Positions 38,727 through 48,611 of a stretch of 53,763 nucleotides of DNA are shown here, piece by piece. Positions within the stretch are counted from its first letter, which is position 1, and each line of letters begins with the position of its first letter. Position numbers and translations under genes: made by a program. The notes under the pieces are model-generated. The model was not told where the DNA came from. It saw only the letters and a list, made by a program, of their open reading frames with translations, and searched no databases. The stretch is taken from assembly GCA_021323605.1 (NCBI GenBank), contig JAJPKS010000326.1, positions 1 to 53,763 on the forward strand, in the 5' to 3' direction. This DNA is from Bacillota bacterium (GTDB lineage Bacteria > Chloroflexota > Dormibacteria > Dormibacterales > Dormibacteraceae).

Positions 38727-39797
38727 ATGAGTGCGATCGACGAGGGACGGGTGCTCTCGGCCCTCTCGACCATCGTCGATCCGGATTTCCGGCGCGACGT
38801 GGTGAGCCTGGGCATGATCAAGGACCTGAACGTCGAGGACGGGGTGGTCAGCTTCACCTTCGAGCTGACCACCCCTGCCTGCCCGGTCAAGGACCGGTTC
38901 CAGGCCCTGGCCGAGGAGCGGCTCAAGGCCCTGCCCGGCGTCTCCGCGGTGCGTATTCGGATGACCTCGAACGTGCGCCGCAGCCGGCGCCTTGGGGAGG
39001 CCATGCTGCCGGGCGTCCGCCAGACCATCGCCGTGGCCTCGGGCAAGGGCGGGGTGGGCAAGTCGACCGTGGCCGTCAACCTGGCCGCCGGGCTGGGGCT
39101 GACCGGGGCCCGGGTGGGGCTGCTCGACGCCGACATCTACGGCCCGAGCGTGCCGGCCATGGTCGGGACCGACGCCCAGCCGGCGATCCGGGGCGAGAAG
39201 CTGGTCCCGGTCGAGGTCTTCGGCGTCCGGGTGATGTCGATCGGGCTCCTGGCCGGAGGGGACCGGGCCATGATCTGGCGGGGGCCGATGGTCTCGCGGG
39301 CCATCCAGCAGATGCTGGGGGACGTGACCTGGGGGGAGCTGGACTACCTGGTCATCGACCTCCCGCCGGGAACCGGCGACGCCTCGCTCACCCTGGCCCA
39401 GCAGGTGCCGCTGACCGGTGTGGCCATCGTCTGCACGCCCCAGGAGGTGGCGCTCCAGATCGCGGTCAAGGCCCTGCGCATGTTCCGTCAGCTGAACGTG
39501 CCCATCCTGGGGCTGATCGAGAACATGAGCTGGTACCGATGCCCCCGGTGCGGCCACGAGGCGCACGTCTTCGCCCACGACGGCGCCCGGCGGGCGGCGG
39601 CCCGGCTCGACGTGCCCTTCCTGGGCGCGGTCCCGCTCGACGAGGGCATCCGCGAGGAGGCCGATGCGGGCGTGCCGGTGGTGGTGGCGCGGCCCGCGAG
39701 CCCGGGGGCGAGCGCCTTCCGGGAGGTGGTCTCCCGGGTGGCGGCCCGGGCGGCGGTGCTGGCCGATCGCGAGCTGCCGGCGATCAGCGTTCGCTGA
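38727..39797 (+). CDS. apbC: Mrp/ApbC (NBP35) Fe-S carrier ATPase with N-terminal DUF59
   Basis: LTTPACP, ASGKGGVGKST, DADIYGPS, WRGPM, DLPPGTGD, ENMS..CPRC. Confidence 0.95.
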   Translation: MSAIDEGRVLSALSTIVDPDFRRDVVSLGMIKDLNVEDGVVSFTFELTTPACPVKDRFQALAEERLKALPGVSAVRIRMTSNVRRSRRLGEAMLPGVRQTIAVASGKGGVGKSTVAVNLAAGLGLTGARVGLLDADIYGPSVPAMVGTDAQPAIRGEKLVPVEVFGVRVMSIGLLAGGDRAMIWRGPMVSRAIQQMLGDVTWGELDYLVIDLPPGTGDASLTLAQQVPLTGVAIVCTPQEVALQIAVKALRMFRQLNVPILGLIENMSWYRCPRCGHEAHVFAHDGARRAAARLDVPFLGAVPLDEGIREEADAGVPVVVARPASPGASAFREVVSRVAARAAVLADRELPAISVR

Positions 39798-39887
39798 CCG
39801 TGACGCCCGCGGTCCCGGGCCGCCCCCGCGCACCGGTCCGGTCCCGCCGAGGCCCGGCCGTTCCGGTGGTGGCCGGAGCGGCCGGGC

Positions 39888-41027
39888 TCAGGACGGCGGT
39901 CCGGCCGCCACGGCCGCCGTCTCGGCCTCCTCCGGCTCCGGACGGAGGCCGTGCACCGGGCCCGAACGGTCGCGCAAGAAGCCGCCGGGACGGCGGTGGC
40001 GAAGGGCGATGATCTCACCGGCGATGGCCACGGCCACCTCCTCCGGAGTCCGGGCTCCGAGGTCGAGCCCGATCGGGCCGCGGATCCGGGCCAACTCTGA
40101 CTCGGAGAGGCCGAGCTCCCGCAGCCGGCGGGTACGGTCGACGTCGGTCCGGCGGCTGCCCATGGCCCCGATGTAGGCGGCCGGGGTGCGCAGCGCCGCC
40201 TGGAGCAGGGGCACGTCGAACTTGGGGTCGTGGGTCAGGATGCAGATCACGGTCCGCCCGTCCACCGGCGCCTCGGCCAGGAACTCGTCCGGCCAGCGCA
40301 CCACGAGCTCGTCCGCCTCGGGGAAACGCGCGCGGGTGACGAAGGTGCTGCGGGCGTCGCACACCGTCACCCGGTAGCCCAGGAACTTGCCCATGCGGGC
40401 CGCGGCCCGGGCGAAGTCGGTGGCCCCGAAGACGTACATGCGCGCCGGCGGGGCGAAGGAGCGGACGAACACCTCCACCTCCTGGCGGCGGGCCTCGCCC
40501 TGCCGGCCGTAGGCGCGCCGCGCGGTCAGACCCGCGGCCAGCAGCGCGCGCGCCTCCGCCACCACCCGATCCCCGAGCGGCTGGGCCAGCTCCCCCTCCG
40601 CCCAGTCCGGGCCGACCAGCAGCCTGGTCCCCGGCTGAGGGCCCTCGATCTCGGTCACCAGCGCCGCCGGCCGCTCGGCTCGGATCGCGTCCGCCAGCCG
40701 CTGGAACAACGGCCGCCAGCTCAGCGGCTCGACGAAGACGTGGATGGTGCCGCCGCAGGTCAGCCCCACCGTCAGCGCCAGCTCGTCCGCGATCCCGTAA
40801 CTGAGCCGCTTCGGTTGGCCTCGCTCGATGACCTCGAGCGACTCCTCGACCACCGCCCCTTCGACGCAGCCGCCCGAGACCGACCCCACCGCCTCACCCC
40901 GCTCGGAGACGGCCATGGTCGCACCCGGGTCGTGGGGGGCGGAGCGCTCGGTCGCGATCACCGTGGCCAGCGCCACCCGCTGGCCCGCCGCCAGCCAGGT
41001 CTCCACCTGATCGAGGATGTCCTTCAC
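39888..41027 (-). CDS. xdhC: XdhC/CoxI-family molybdenum-cofactor chaperone
   Basis: GSVSGGCVE, GLTCGG, LTHDPKFD, YIGAMGSRR, PIGLDLGARTPEE. Confidence 0.92.
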   Translation of the reverse strand: MKDILDQVETWLAAGQRVALATVIATERSAPHDPGATMAVSERGEAVGSVSGGCVEGAVVEESLEVIERGQPKRLSYGIADELALTVGLTCGGTIHVFVEPLSWRPLFQRLADAIRAERPAALVTEIEGPQPGTRLLVGPDWAEGELAQPLGDRVVAEARALLAAGLTARRAYGRQGEARRQEVEVFVRSFAPPARMYVFGATDFARAAARMGKFLGYRVTVCDARSTFVTRARFPEADELVVRWPDEFLAEAPVDGRTVICILTHDPKFDVPLLQAALRTPAAYIGAMGSRRTDVDRTRRLRELGLSESELARIRGPIGLDLGARTPEEVAVAIAGEIIALRHRRPGGFLRDRSGPVHGLRPEPEEAETAAVAAGPPS

Positions 41028-41130
41028 CGCCGACCAACCTCCGTTGCCATCCCGCCGGCTCCGACCCGGGAGCGGCCGTCGAGGTCCTCCGGGCCGGCCC
41101 GCCCCGTTCGACCGGCCGGACCGGCGCCGT

Positions 41131-41301
41131 TCACGTCTCCGCCGCCCGTCGGGCGGCCTCGAGGAGCTCCTCTCGCTCCAGGGCTCGTCTCACCTCCGGA
41201 TAGGCGTCGCCCAGGCAGCAGGGGCAGGTTCGGTACCAGGCGCGAAAGCCTTCGTCGATCACGGGTTCGGAGTCGGCGGGTCGATGCCGATCCTGATTCA
41301 T
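41131..41301 (-). CDS. Uncalled 56-aa small protein with CPCC motif
   Basis: SD GAGGAGG 6 nt before the ATG. MNQDRHRPADSEPVIDEGFRAWYRTCPCCLGDAYPEVRRALEREELLEAARRAAET*; shorter than any ORF listed in the track. Confidence 0.65.
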   Translation of the reverse strand: MNQDRHRPADSEPVIDEGFRAWYRTCPCCLGDAYPEVRRALEREELLEAARRAAET

Positions 41302-41373
41302 CTCCGACCTCCTCGTGCCGCCCGGCCCGGGCCCGGGGGCCGGCGAGGTCGGGCGACCTCGCTCATGAAGCGG

Positions 41374-41507
41374 TTTACGATATAAATCTAGGATATGCCA
41401 GGAAAATTCCTGCTGCGCGAGTCAGACCGCCTTCCGCGCGGGGACGGGAAGGGCTGGCTTGTTTACAACTTTTAATATGAGACAAATATGAACCATAGGA
41501 ATAAAGA
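41374..41507. promoter_or_regulatory. AT-rich divergent control region
   Basis: TTTACGATATAAATCTAGG, palindrome CAGGAAAATTCCTG, TTTACA..ATATGAACCATAGGAA. Confidence 0.55.
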
Positions 41508-42219
41508 TCGGGCGGAGGCGCAATCCCTGCTCGCCCATCGGGCCCTGGCCGAGGTCAGCCGGGTGCGCATCCTGGAGGAGCTGCGCCGGGCCGGGCGGCC
41601 GCTGGTGACGGTCGAGCTCGCGGAGCGGGTCGGCCTGCATCACAACACCGTGCGCGCGCACCTGGAGGTACTGCAGGAGGCGGGCCTGGTGACGGCGGAG
41701 CCGGAGAAGCGCGTCGCCCCGGGCCGGCCCCGGATCGTCTACCGGCCGGTCCCGGAGGCCGACGACGAGCGGACCGGTTACCGGTTGCTGGCGGGCATCC
41801 TGACCAGCTACCTGGCCGCCTCCCCCAACCCGGGGCTGGCTGCCGAGGAGGCCGGCCGGGCCTGGGGCCGCTACCTGGTCGAACGGCCGCAGCCCTTCCA
41901 GCGGGTCGATTCCGGCGACGCCATCGCGCGGGTGTCGCGCCTGCTCGAGGAGCTGGGCTTCGCCCCGGAGCCGGTCGTGGAGGAGGGGGAGGACAGGATC
42001 CTGCTCCATCGCTGTCCCTTCCGCGATCTGGCCGTGCGCCACCCCGAGGTGACCTGTGCCGTCCACCTGGGGTTGATCGAGGGGGCCCTGGCCGAGCTGG
42101 GGGTGCGGCTGGCCGCGACCAGGATCGACCCGTTCGTGGAGCCCTCGCTCTGTGTGGCCCACCTGGGTGGGCGGGAGGAGGTGGCGGCCGGGCGCGACCG
42201 GCGTCCGGCGCGGGCCTAG
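41488..42219 (+). CDS. ArsR-like HTH regulator with SufR-type Cys/His C-terminal domain
   Basis: HTH ELAERVGLHHNTVRAHLEVL..GRPRIVY; C-terminal LGFAP, HRCPF..TCAVH..CVAH. Confidence 0.88.
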   Translation: MNHRNKDRAEAQSLLAHRALAEVSRVRILEELRRAGRPLVTVELAERVGLHHNTVRAHLEVLQEAGLVTAEPEKRVAPGRPRIVYRPVPEADDERTGYRLLAGILTSYLAASPNPGLAAEEAGRAWGRYLVERPQPFQRVDSGDAIARVSRLLEELGFAPEPVVEEGEDRILLHRCPFRDLAVRHPEVTCAVHLGLIEGALAELGVRLAATRIDPFVEPSLCVAHLGGREEVAAGRDRRPARA

Positions 42220-42226
42220 TCCTGGA

Positions 42227-42349
42227 GCGCGGGGTTCGCTTCCGTGGACCCTGATCGGAGTCGGCGACAGGGTCCAGTCGGATTCGAGACGTCGTCTCGA
42301 GAGGTCGCGACACGATGCCTTCGCGAACCCGACCGAAACGATCCCGCGC
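42227..42349. other. Multi-stem structured intergenic element (candidate ncRNA or complex bidirectional terminator)
   Basis: Nested complementary pairs 42227-33/42343-49, 42245-53/42268-76, 42277-86/42324-33 and 42284-90/42294-300. Confidence 0.4.
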
Positions 42350-42382
42350 CGTCCTACCGGGCGACGTCGCCGGACACCGGCG

Positions 42383-43072
42383 TCAGGCCGCCAGCTCCAG
42401 CGCCTCGCCCAGGTCGGCGGCGAGGCAGGTGAAGATGGGCACGTCGCGCTCCGTGTAGCTGGAGGCGCCGGTCTCGCGAAGCTCCATGACCAGATCCTGG
42501 AAGCGATGGGGGTCGTCCCCCTCGAAGGAGACCACGAACTCCTGGTCGTCCAGCCCGAACGAGTAGGCCGTGTTCACCTCGAACTCCGGGTACCGTCGTC
42601 CCACCTCGACGTGCTCCCGCATCAGCTCCTCCCGGGTGGCCCGGGGCAGCCGATACCAGGACCGAGCCTTGACGAAGGGGTAGACGAACAGGTAGCGGCC
42701 GTGCCGGGAGCGGACCCGGGGCTGCCCCTCCCCCTCCGGGTGCAGCGCCGAGGCGTAGGCAGAGGGCCGCATGGCGCAGAGGTAGCCGTACGGTCGGTCC
42801 AGGTAGCCGCCCATCTCGGTTCGGTTCAGGTCGGCCTCCAGCCGCTGGAAGATCTCCAGCTCCGCCGCCGCCTTCCAGAGCATGAAGTCGCAGTCGGCCC
42901 GGGTCCCCACCAGCGAGTAGGCGCGGACGAAGATGACCGGACGGTACTCCTCGACCACCGCCACCACCTCCCGCCGGCCGCGGTCCCGGGTCTCGGCGTC
43001 GAGTCGCCGCCACTCCGGCCGGACCCGGTAGAAGGTGTAGGCCACGAACTGGCGCGGTGGCCGGACCGTCAT
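42383..43072 (-). CDS. hemQ: Chlorite-dismutase superfamily heme protein, probably coproheme decarboxylase
   Basis: YPFVK (Tyr plus basic residue as in ChdC), LMREH proximal His, YSFGLDDQEFVV. The Cld distal Arg appears replaced by Val. Confidence 0.75.
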   Translation of the reverse strand: MTVRPPRQFVAYTFYRVRPEWRRLDAETRDRGRREVVAVVEEYRPVIFVRAYSLVGTRADCDFMLWKAAAELEIFQRLEADLNRTEMGGYLDRPYGYLCAMRPSAYASALHPEGEGQPRVRSRHGRYLFVYPFVKARSWYRLPRATREELMREHVEVGRRYPEFEVNTAYSFGLDDQEFVVSFEGDDPHRFQDLVMELRETGASSYTERDVPIFTCLAADLGEALELAA

Positions 43073-43440
43073 CGCCGGTCTCCGTCGAGGTGGGCGGGGG
43101 CCGGCCGGCCGCCGGCCGGCCCCGAGGAGAACCCGGACGCCGGCGCCGATCGGGAGACGATGAGGCCGCGGCCCCGGTCGACGTCGGGTCGAGGGCGGGC
43201 CTCCGGATCGGGGGAGGGCGACGCCGGGCGCCCGGGAACCCCGGCGCGTCGCGCCGGCCCGAGCGTCAGGTAGTGGAGGGTGCCGTCGAAGCGTCGCGCC
43301 TCCCTCGGCCAGGTTCCCTCCAGGAGCGCCCAGGCGGCGGCTGCGAGCCGGCAGGCTTCCTCGGTCCGGCCGGCCTCACCCAGCCGCCGCAGGGCCCGGT
43401 CCAGGAGCCGGCTGAGGCCGGCGACGGCGGGTTCGCTCAC
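43069..43440 (-). CDS. Hypothetical helical protein
   Basis: GTGA and ATGA overlaps with both neighbours; ..EEACRLAAAAWALL..REARRFDGTLHYLT. Confidence 0.7.
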   Translation of the reverse strand: MSEPAVAGLSRLLDRALRRLGEAGRTEEACRLAAAAWALLEGTWPREARRFDGTLHYLTLGPARRAGVPGRPASPSPDPEARPRPDVDRGRGLIVSRSAPASGFSSGPAGGRPAPAHLDGDRR

Positions 43441-44117
43441 GTCCGCCGGGTGATGCGCACCCGCCACGTGCGCGGGCCCTCTTCCAGGTACTCCCAGCCG
43501 TAGGCGTTCTCGCGGGTGGCCTCGAGCTGGTAGCGAAGCGGCAGCGGGTCGTGATCGTTGACCAGGACCAGGGCCTCCCCCCGGGGCAGCCGATCCAGCA
43601 GACCGAAGATGAGCTGGTGGCGGCGGGGAGGGGGAATGCTGCGCACGTCGAGGAGGTTGGCCCCACCGTCCTCATCCCCCTCCCCGAAGGCGATGTCGCC
43701 CACCTCGCGGACCACGTCCGGCCGCAGGTGACGGACGATCGGCCACGCCTCCCGGGCCGTCCTGGCGGCGATCCGGTACTCCTCACCTCGGGCCCGATCG
43801 CCGCCCAGGACGGCCGGGCTGACCCGGATGCGGGCCAGCGTGGGGACACCGGCGGCGTCGCTCACCACCACCTCGGTGTCGATCCGCAGCCGCCGGTAGG
43901 GCAGGTCGGCGGCGCGGAGGCGGTCGGCCAGGGCGACCGCGTAGCCGGCGCCGGCCGCGCCCGCCAGCAGCTCCTCGGGCCTGGCGCCGGCGGCCGCGCT
44001 GGGGGCCGAGACCTCGACCACCTGGCCACCGATGGTCGCGCTTCCGGAGTGCTGGCCGTCACCGGCCCACTCCAGGTCCACGCGGAACCTGTCCTCCCGG
44101 GTCGATCCGCCGCTCAT
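43437..44117 (-). CDS. OsmC-like domain fused to DUF2249
   Basis: N-terminal FRVDLEWAG..PEELLAGA; C-terminal LDVRSIPPPRRHQLIF..LVNDHDPLPLRYQ..WEYLEEGP.TWRVRI. SD GGAGGT. Confidence 0.82.
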   Translation of the reverse strand: MSGGSTREDRFRVDLEWAGDGQHSGSATIGGQVVEVSAPSAAAGARPEELLAGAAGAGYAVALADRLRAADLPYRRLRIDTEVVVSDAAGVPTLARIRVSPAVLGGDRARGEEYRIAARTAREAWPIVRHLRPDVVREVGDIAFGEGDEDGGANLLDVRSIPPPRRHQLIFGLLDRLPRGEALVLVNDHDPLPLRYQLEATRENAYGWEYLEEGPRTWRVRITRRT

Positions 44118-44174
44118 CTGCTCACCTCCCAAGCACCGCCGACGGGTGACGAGCGTCCCCACGGGCGATCACGA

Positions 44175-44504
44175 TCAGAGAAAGCCCAGCTCGCGCTTGG
44201 CCGCCTCGCTCATCATGTCCGGGTCCCAGGGGGGCTCCCAGACCAGGTCCACCTCCACCCTGCCCACGCCCGGCAGCAGGCCGAGGGCGCGCTCCACCGC
44301 CTCCGGCATGCTGTCGCTCATGGGGCAGCCGGGGGTGGTCAGCGACATCTGGACGTAGACGTCCCCGTCCTCGACCCGCAGGTCGTAGATCAAGCCCAGG
44401 TTGACGAGGTCGAGGCCGATCTCGGGGTCGTAGACGTGGGTCAGCTGCTCCCAGGCCTGCTGGGCGATCTCGTGGTCGGGGATGCGGATCCGGCTCTCGC
44501 TCAT
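44175..44504 (-). CDS. DUF59 / SufT-PaaD-like Fe-S assembly factor
   Basis: [36 protein letters not shown]. Confidence 0.93.
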   Translation of the reverse strand: MSESRIRIPDHEIAQQAWEQLTHVYDPEIGLDLVNLGLIYDLRVEDGDVYVQMSLTTPGCPMSDSMPEAVERALGLLPGVGRVEVDLVWEPPWDPDMMSEAAKRELGFL

Positions 44505-44580
44505 GCCGTCACCCTCCCGGTCGCCGTCCGACGCCGGCCGGAGGATGGGACACACGAACCTGGCCCGTGATCTCGCCGCG

Positions 44581-44617
44581 ATTTTCTACGTTCATAACTA
44601 TGAAAATCATAGAATAT
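44581..44617. promoter_or_regulatory. AT-rich palindromic operator-like site
   Basis: TTCTA-CG-TTCATA-AC-TATGAA-AATCA-TAGAA. Confidence 0.55.
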
Positions 44618-44801
44618 CCCCGGAGGGCGTGTCCAGGGGCGCCGCCCTCCCGGCCGTGCCGGGGGTGGCTCGACCCCGCCCGTGACCGGGTATCCTTGGC
44701 CTGGTGAGGGGACGCTCGGGAAGCGGAGGGTGGAGCACCGCCGGGCCGAGAGGTCGGCAGCGGGGAGAGGGCGGAGGATCGCGCCGTCGTCCCGGCCCCG
44801 C

Positions 44802-45479
44802 ATGATCGACAAGACCGTTCCCTCCCTGGAGGCGGCCGTCCAGGGCCTCGATGACGGCATGGTGGTGATGGTGGGGGGCTTCGGTGACTCGGGAACGCCC
44901 CACGAGCTGTTGAACGCCGTCCTCGAGCGGGGATGCCGGGACCTGACCATCATCTCCAACAACGCCGGCGACGGCGATCGCGGCATCGCCGCCTTGATCC
45001 TCCACCACCGAGTGCGGAAGGTCATCTGCAGCTTCCCGACCACGGCCCACAACCACGCCGTGCGCGAGGCCGTGGAGCGGGGCGAGGTCGAGCTGGAGCT
45101 GCGTCCCCAGGGCACGCTGGCGGAGTGCATCCGCGCCGGCGGGGCCGGCCTGGGGGGCGTGCTCACCCCGACCGGGCTGGACACCGAGCTGGCGGAGGGG
45201 AAGCCGGTCTACGAGCTGGACGGGCGCCGATACGTGGTCGAGCGCCCACTCCGGGCCGACTTCGCCCTGGTCCGCGGCTGGCGGGCCGACCGCTGGGGGA
45301 ACGTCGTGTACCGCTACGCGCAGCAGAACTTCAACCCGCTGATGGCGATGGCGGGCCGGTGCACGGTGGTCCAGGTCGATCACGTCCACGAGGTGGGGGA
45401 GATCGACCCCATGCACGTCCACACCCCGGGCATCTTCGTGGACCGGGTGGTGCGGGTGGAGCGGGAGGTGCGGCGATGA
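44802..45479 (+). CDS. pcaI: 3-oxoacid CoA-transferase subunit A (PcaI-like)
   Basis: MIDK, VGGFG..GTP, ISNNAG, PQGTLAE.IRAGGAG, NFNP.MA, HTPGIFVD. Confidence 0.88.
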   Translation: MIDKTVPSLEAAVQGLDDGMVVMVGGFGDSGTPHELLNAVLERGCRDLTIISNNAGDGDRGIAALILHHRVRKVICSFPTTAHNHAVREAVERGEVELELRPQGTLAECIRAGGAGLGGVLTPTGLDTELAEGKPVYELDGRRYVVERPLRADFALVRGWRADRWGNVVYRYAQQNFNPLMAMAGRCTVVQVDHVHEVGEIDPMHVHTPGIFVDRVVRVEREVRR

Positions 45480-46135
45480 GCGCGACGCGGGGCTGGACCG
45501 AAGCTGAAATCGCCCGCCGGGTGCTGGCCGACCTCTGGGAGGGGGCCTACGTCAACCTGGGCATCGGCATGCCCCTGCTCCTGAACGAGCTGCTGACCCC
45601 GGAGATGGGGATCATCCTGCACAGCGAGAACGGCATCCTGGGCATGGGCCCCGCCCCTCCGCCGGACCGGCGCGACGACGACATCGTCGACGCCGGCAAG
45701 GCCCACGTCACCCTGATCCCGGGGGCGAGCGTGTTCCACTCCGCCGACTCCTTTGCCATGCTCCGCGGCGGCCACCTGGACGTGGCCCTCCTGGGGGCTT
45801 ACCAGGTCAGCATGCGCGGCGACCTGGCCAACTGGAAGCGTCCCGGCCAGCGGATCGCGGGCGTCGGTGGCGCCGCCGACATCAGCGTCGGCGCCAGGCG
45901 GGTCTGGGTCATGATGCGCCACCTGACTCGCGACGGGGAACCGCGCCTCGTGCGCGAGTGCACCTTCCCGCTCACCGCCCGGGGGGTGGTGAGGCGCGTC
46001 TACACGGACATGGCCGTCGTCGACGTGACCCCCGAGGGGCTCCGGCTGGCCGAGCTGGCGCCGGGGTACACGGTCGCCGATGTGGTGGCGGCGACCGACG
46101 CTCCGCTCGCCGTCCCCGAGAGCGTCGGCGGCTGA
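45476..46135 (+). CDS. pcaJ: 3-oxoacid CoA-transferase subunit B (PcaJ-like)
   Basis: VNLGIGMP, catalytic HSENG, RGGHLD, GDLANW. ATGA overlap. Confidence 0.88.
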   Translation: MSATRGWTEAEIARRVLADLWEGAYVNLGIGMPLLLNELLTPEMGIILHSENGILGMGPAPPPDRRDDDIVDAGKAHVTLIPGASVFHSADSFAMLRGGHLDVALLGAYQVSMRGDLANWKRPGQRIAGVGGAADISVGARRVWVMMRHLTRDGEPRLVRECTFPLTARGVVRRVYTDMAVVDVTPEGLRLAELAPGYTVADVVAATDAPLAVPESVGG

Positions 46136-46229
46136 CCCGATCCCTCCTCCGGCGGCGCCCCGCGGAGTGCCGGCGGGGTCGGTCCGTCCCGGCGGTCACA
46201 ACGCTGCCCGTGGCGGTGCCTTCTGGACG

Positions 46230-47143
<914 letters not shown>

Positions 47144-47147
<4 letters not shown>

Positions 47148-48061
47148 GCGCCGGCGTCGAGGTCCCGGTCGGGCTGCGGACGCGCTCAACCCGCCTGCCC
47201 GGGCCGAGCTTCCCCGGGGCCTTCCGCGGGGAGCTGTTGAAGCTCCGCCGCCAGCGCTCCACCGTCGGGCTGCTGCTGGCGGCGGTGCTCCTCTTCGCCG
47301 TCGTGATGGCGGTCGTGTTCGGCGACGACACCATGCGGCAGACCCTCCACCGCGATCCCCGAGCCTTCTTCGACGAGCTGCTGAGCATCCTGCTGATCCT
47401 TTTCGACACCGGCTCGGGCATCTTCCTGTTGCTGGTCAGCGCGCGGCTGGTCGGCATGGAGTACGACGCCGGGACCATCCGGGTGCTGCTGGCCCGGGGA
47501 ACCGGCCGGGTGCAGCTCCTGCTCGCCAAGTGGCTGGCGCTTGCCCTGTTCGGCCTCCTGCTCCTGGCCGGCTTCCTGGTGCTGGCGGCGGTCTCCCTGC
47601 TCGTCGTCGTCGAGGCCTGGGAGGGCAGCCTCTCACCCATCGCCTCGCTGCCGGCCGTGGCCTGGTACGACCTCGGCCTCAACCTGTCGGTGGCGCTGAT
47701 CAGCATCGGCGTCTGCATCCTGCTGGGAACGGCCGCCTCGGTGGTGGGGCGCTCCCTGGCCTTCGGCATCGGGGCGGCGATGGCGTTCTTCCCGGCCGAC
47801 AACTTCGGTGCGATCGTGATGGGGCTGCTGGCGCGCCTCACCCACCAGACCTTCTGGCTCCGGGTGACCGAGTACCTGCTCGGCCCCAACCTGAACCAGC
47901 TGCCGGTCGAGCTCCAGACCGACCATCGGGTGCCGACCGCGTTCGCCACGCCCCTGCGGCCGGTGGACACGGCCCACTCCTTGCTCGTGATCGGCGCTTA
48001 CGCGGCCGTGTTCGTGGTCACCTCGCTCCTGCTCACCTGGCGACGGGACGTGCTCGAGTAG
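47144..48061 (+). CDS. ABC-2 type permease
   Basis: ELLKL, EYDAGTIR..R..LLLAK, C-terminal RRDV, about six TM helices. Confidence 0.9.
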
Positions 48062-48182
48062 TCGTGGTCGAACGCCCGCTCGGCCGGCGGCGCGGCCCGC
48101 CTCTGGGTTGCGGGCCGCCGTCGGCGTGGCGGGCCGGACTCCCGGCGGGGGGAGCGGCGCCCGGGATCGAGACCGTCCCGCG

Positions 48183-48512
48183 TCAGCGCCGGCGCATGCG
48201 CAGGATCGAGCGCAGGACGAGCAGGGCCACCACGAAGACCACCTGGCCGCCCAGGATGACGCGGTTCACGTCCACCGCCGGCTGCCAGCGCACCCGGTCG
48301 CCCCTGATGATGAAGACCCCGGCCGGGCGGGCCTCGCCGCCCCAGCCGCCGCCCCATCGGGCGCTCTCGCCGCCCTGCTCGCCCCCGCCTCCGCCCCCGC
48401 GGACCACGGCCACGGGGACGACGGTGGCGCCGTCGCGGTCGATCGGCTCGCCGAACACGCGGCGCACGGTGAGCTGGTCGCGCGCCTGCTCGAGGATTTG
48501 CCTCGCGTCCAT
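48183..48512 (-). CDS. GerW/YtfJ-family protein
   Basis: VFGEPI..TVVPVA..GGGGG..GGGWG..PAGVFII; C-terminal TM helix. TATCGT lies 6 nt before the ATG. Confidence 0.82.
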   Translation of the reverse strand: MDARQILEQARDQLTVRRVFGEPIDRDGATVVPVAVVRGGGGGGEQGGESARWGGGWGGEARPAGVFIIRGDRVRWQPAVDVNRVILGGQVVFVVALLVLRSILRMRRR

Positions 48513-48611
48513 GGTCTCACGATACGTGGCCCGATGGTGGGCGCCCACCGGCGACGATCGCCGCCTCCCCGCGGACGCGGTCGCCGCTCCGGGACCGACC
48601 GCCGGGGCGGC

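Noticed and set aside
42383-43072. True chlorite dismutase
   Set aside because: The distal Arg appears absent, while the ChdC-type Tyr and basic residue are present.
48183-48512. Evidence for sporulation from the GerW/YtfJ-like gene
   Set aside because: The family is widespread in non-sporulating prokaryotes and no other sporulation genes are present.
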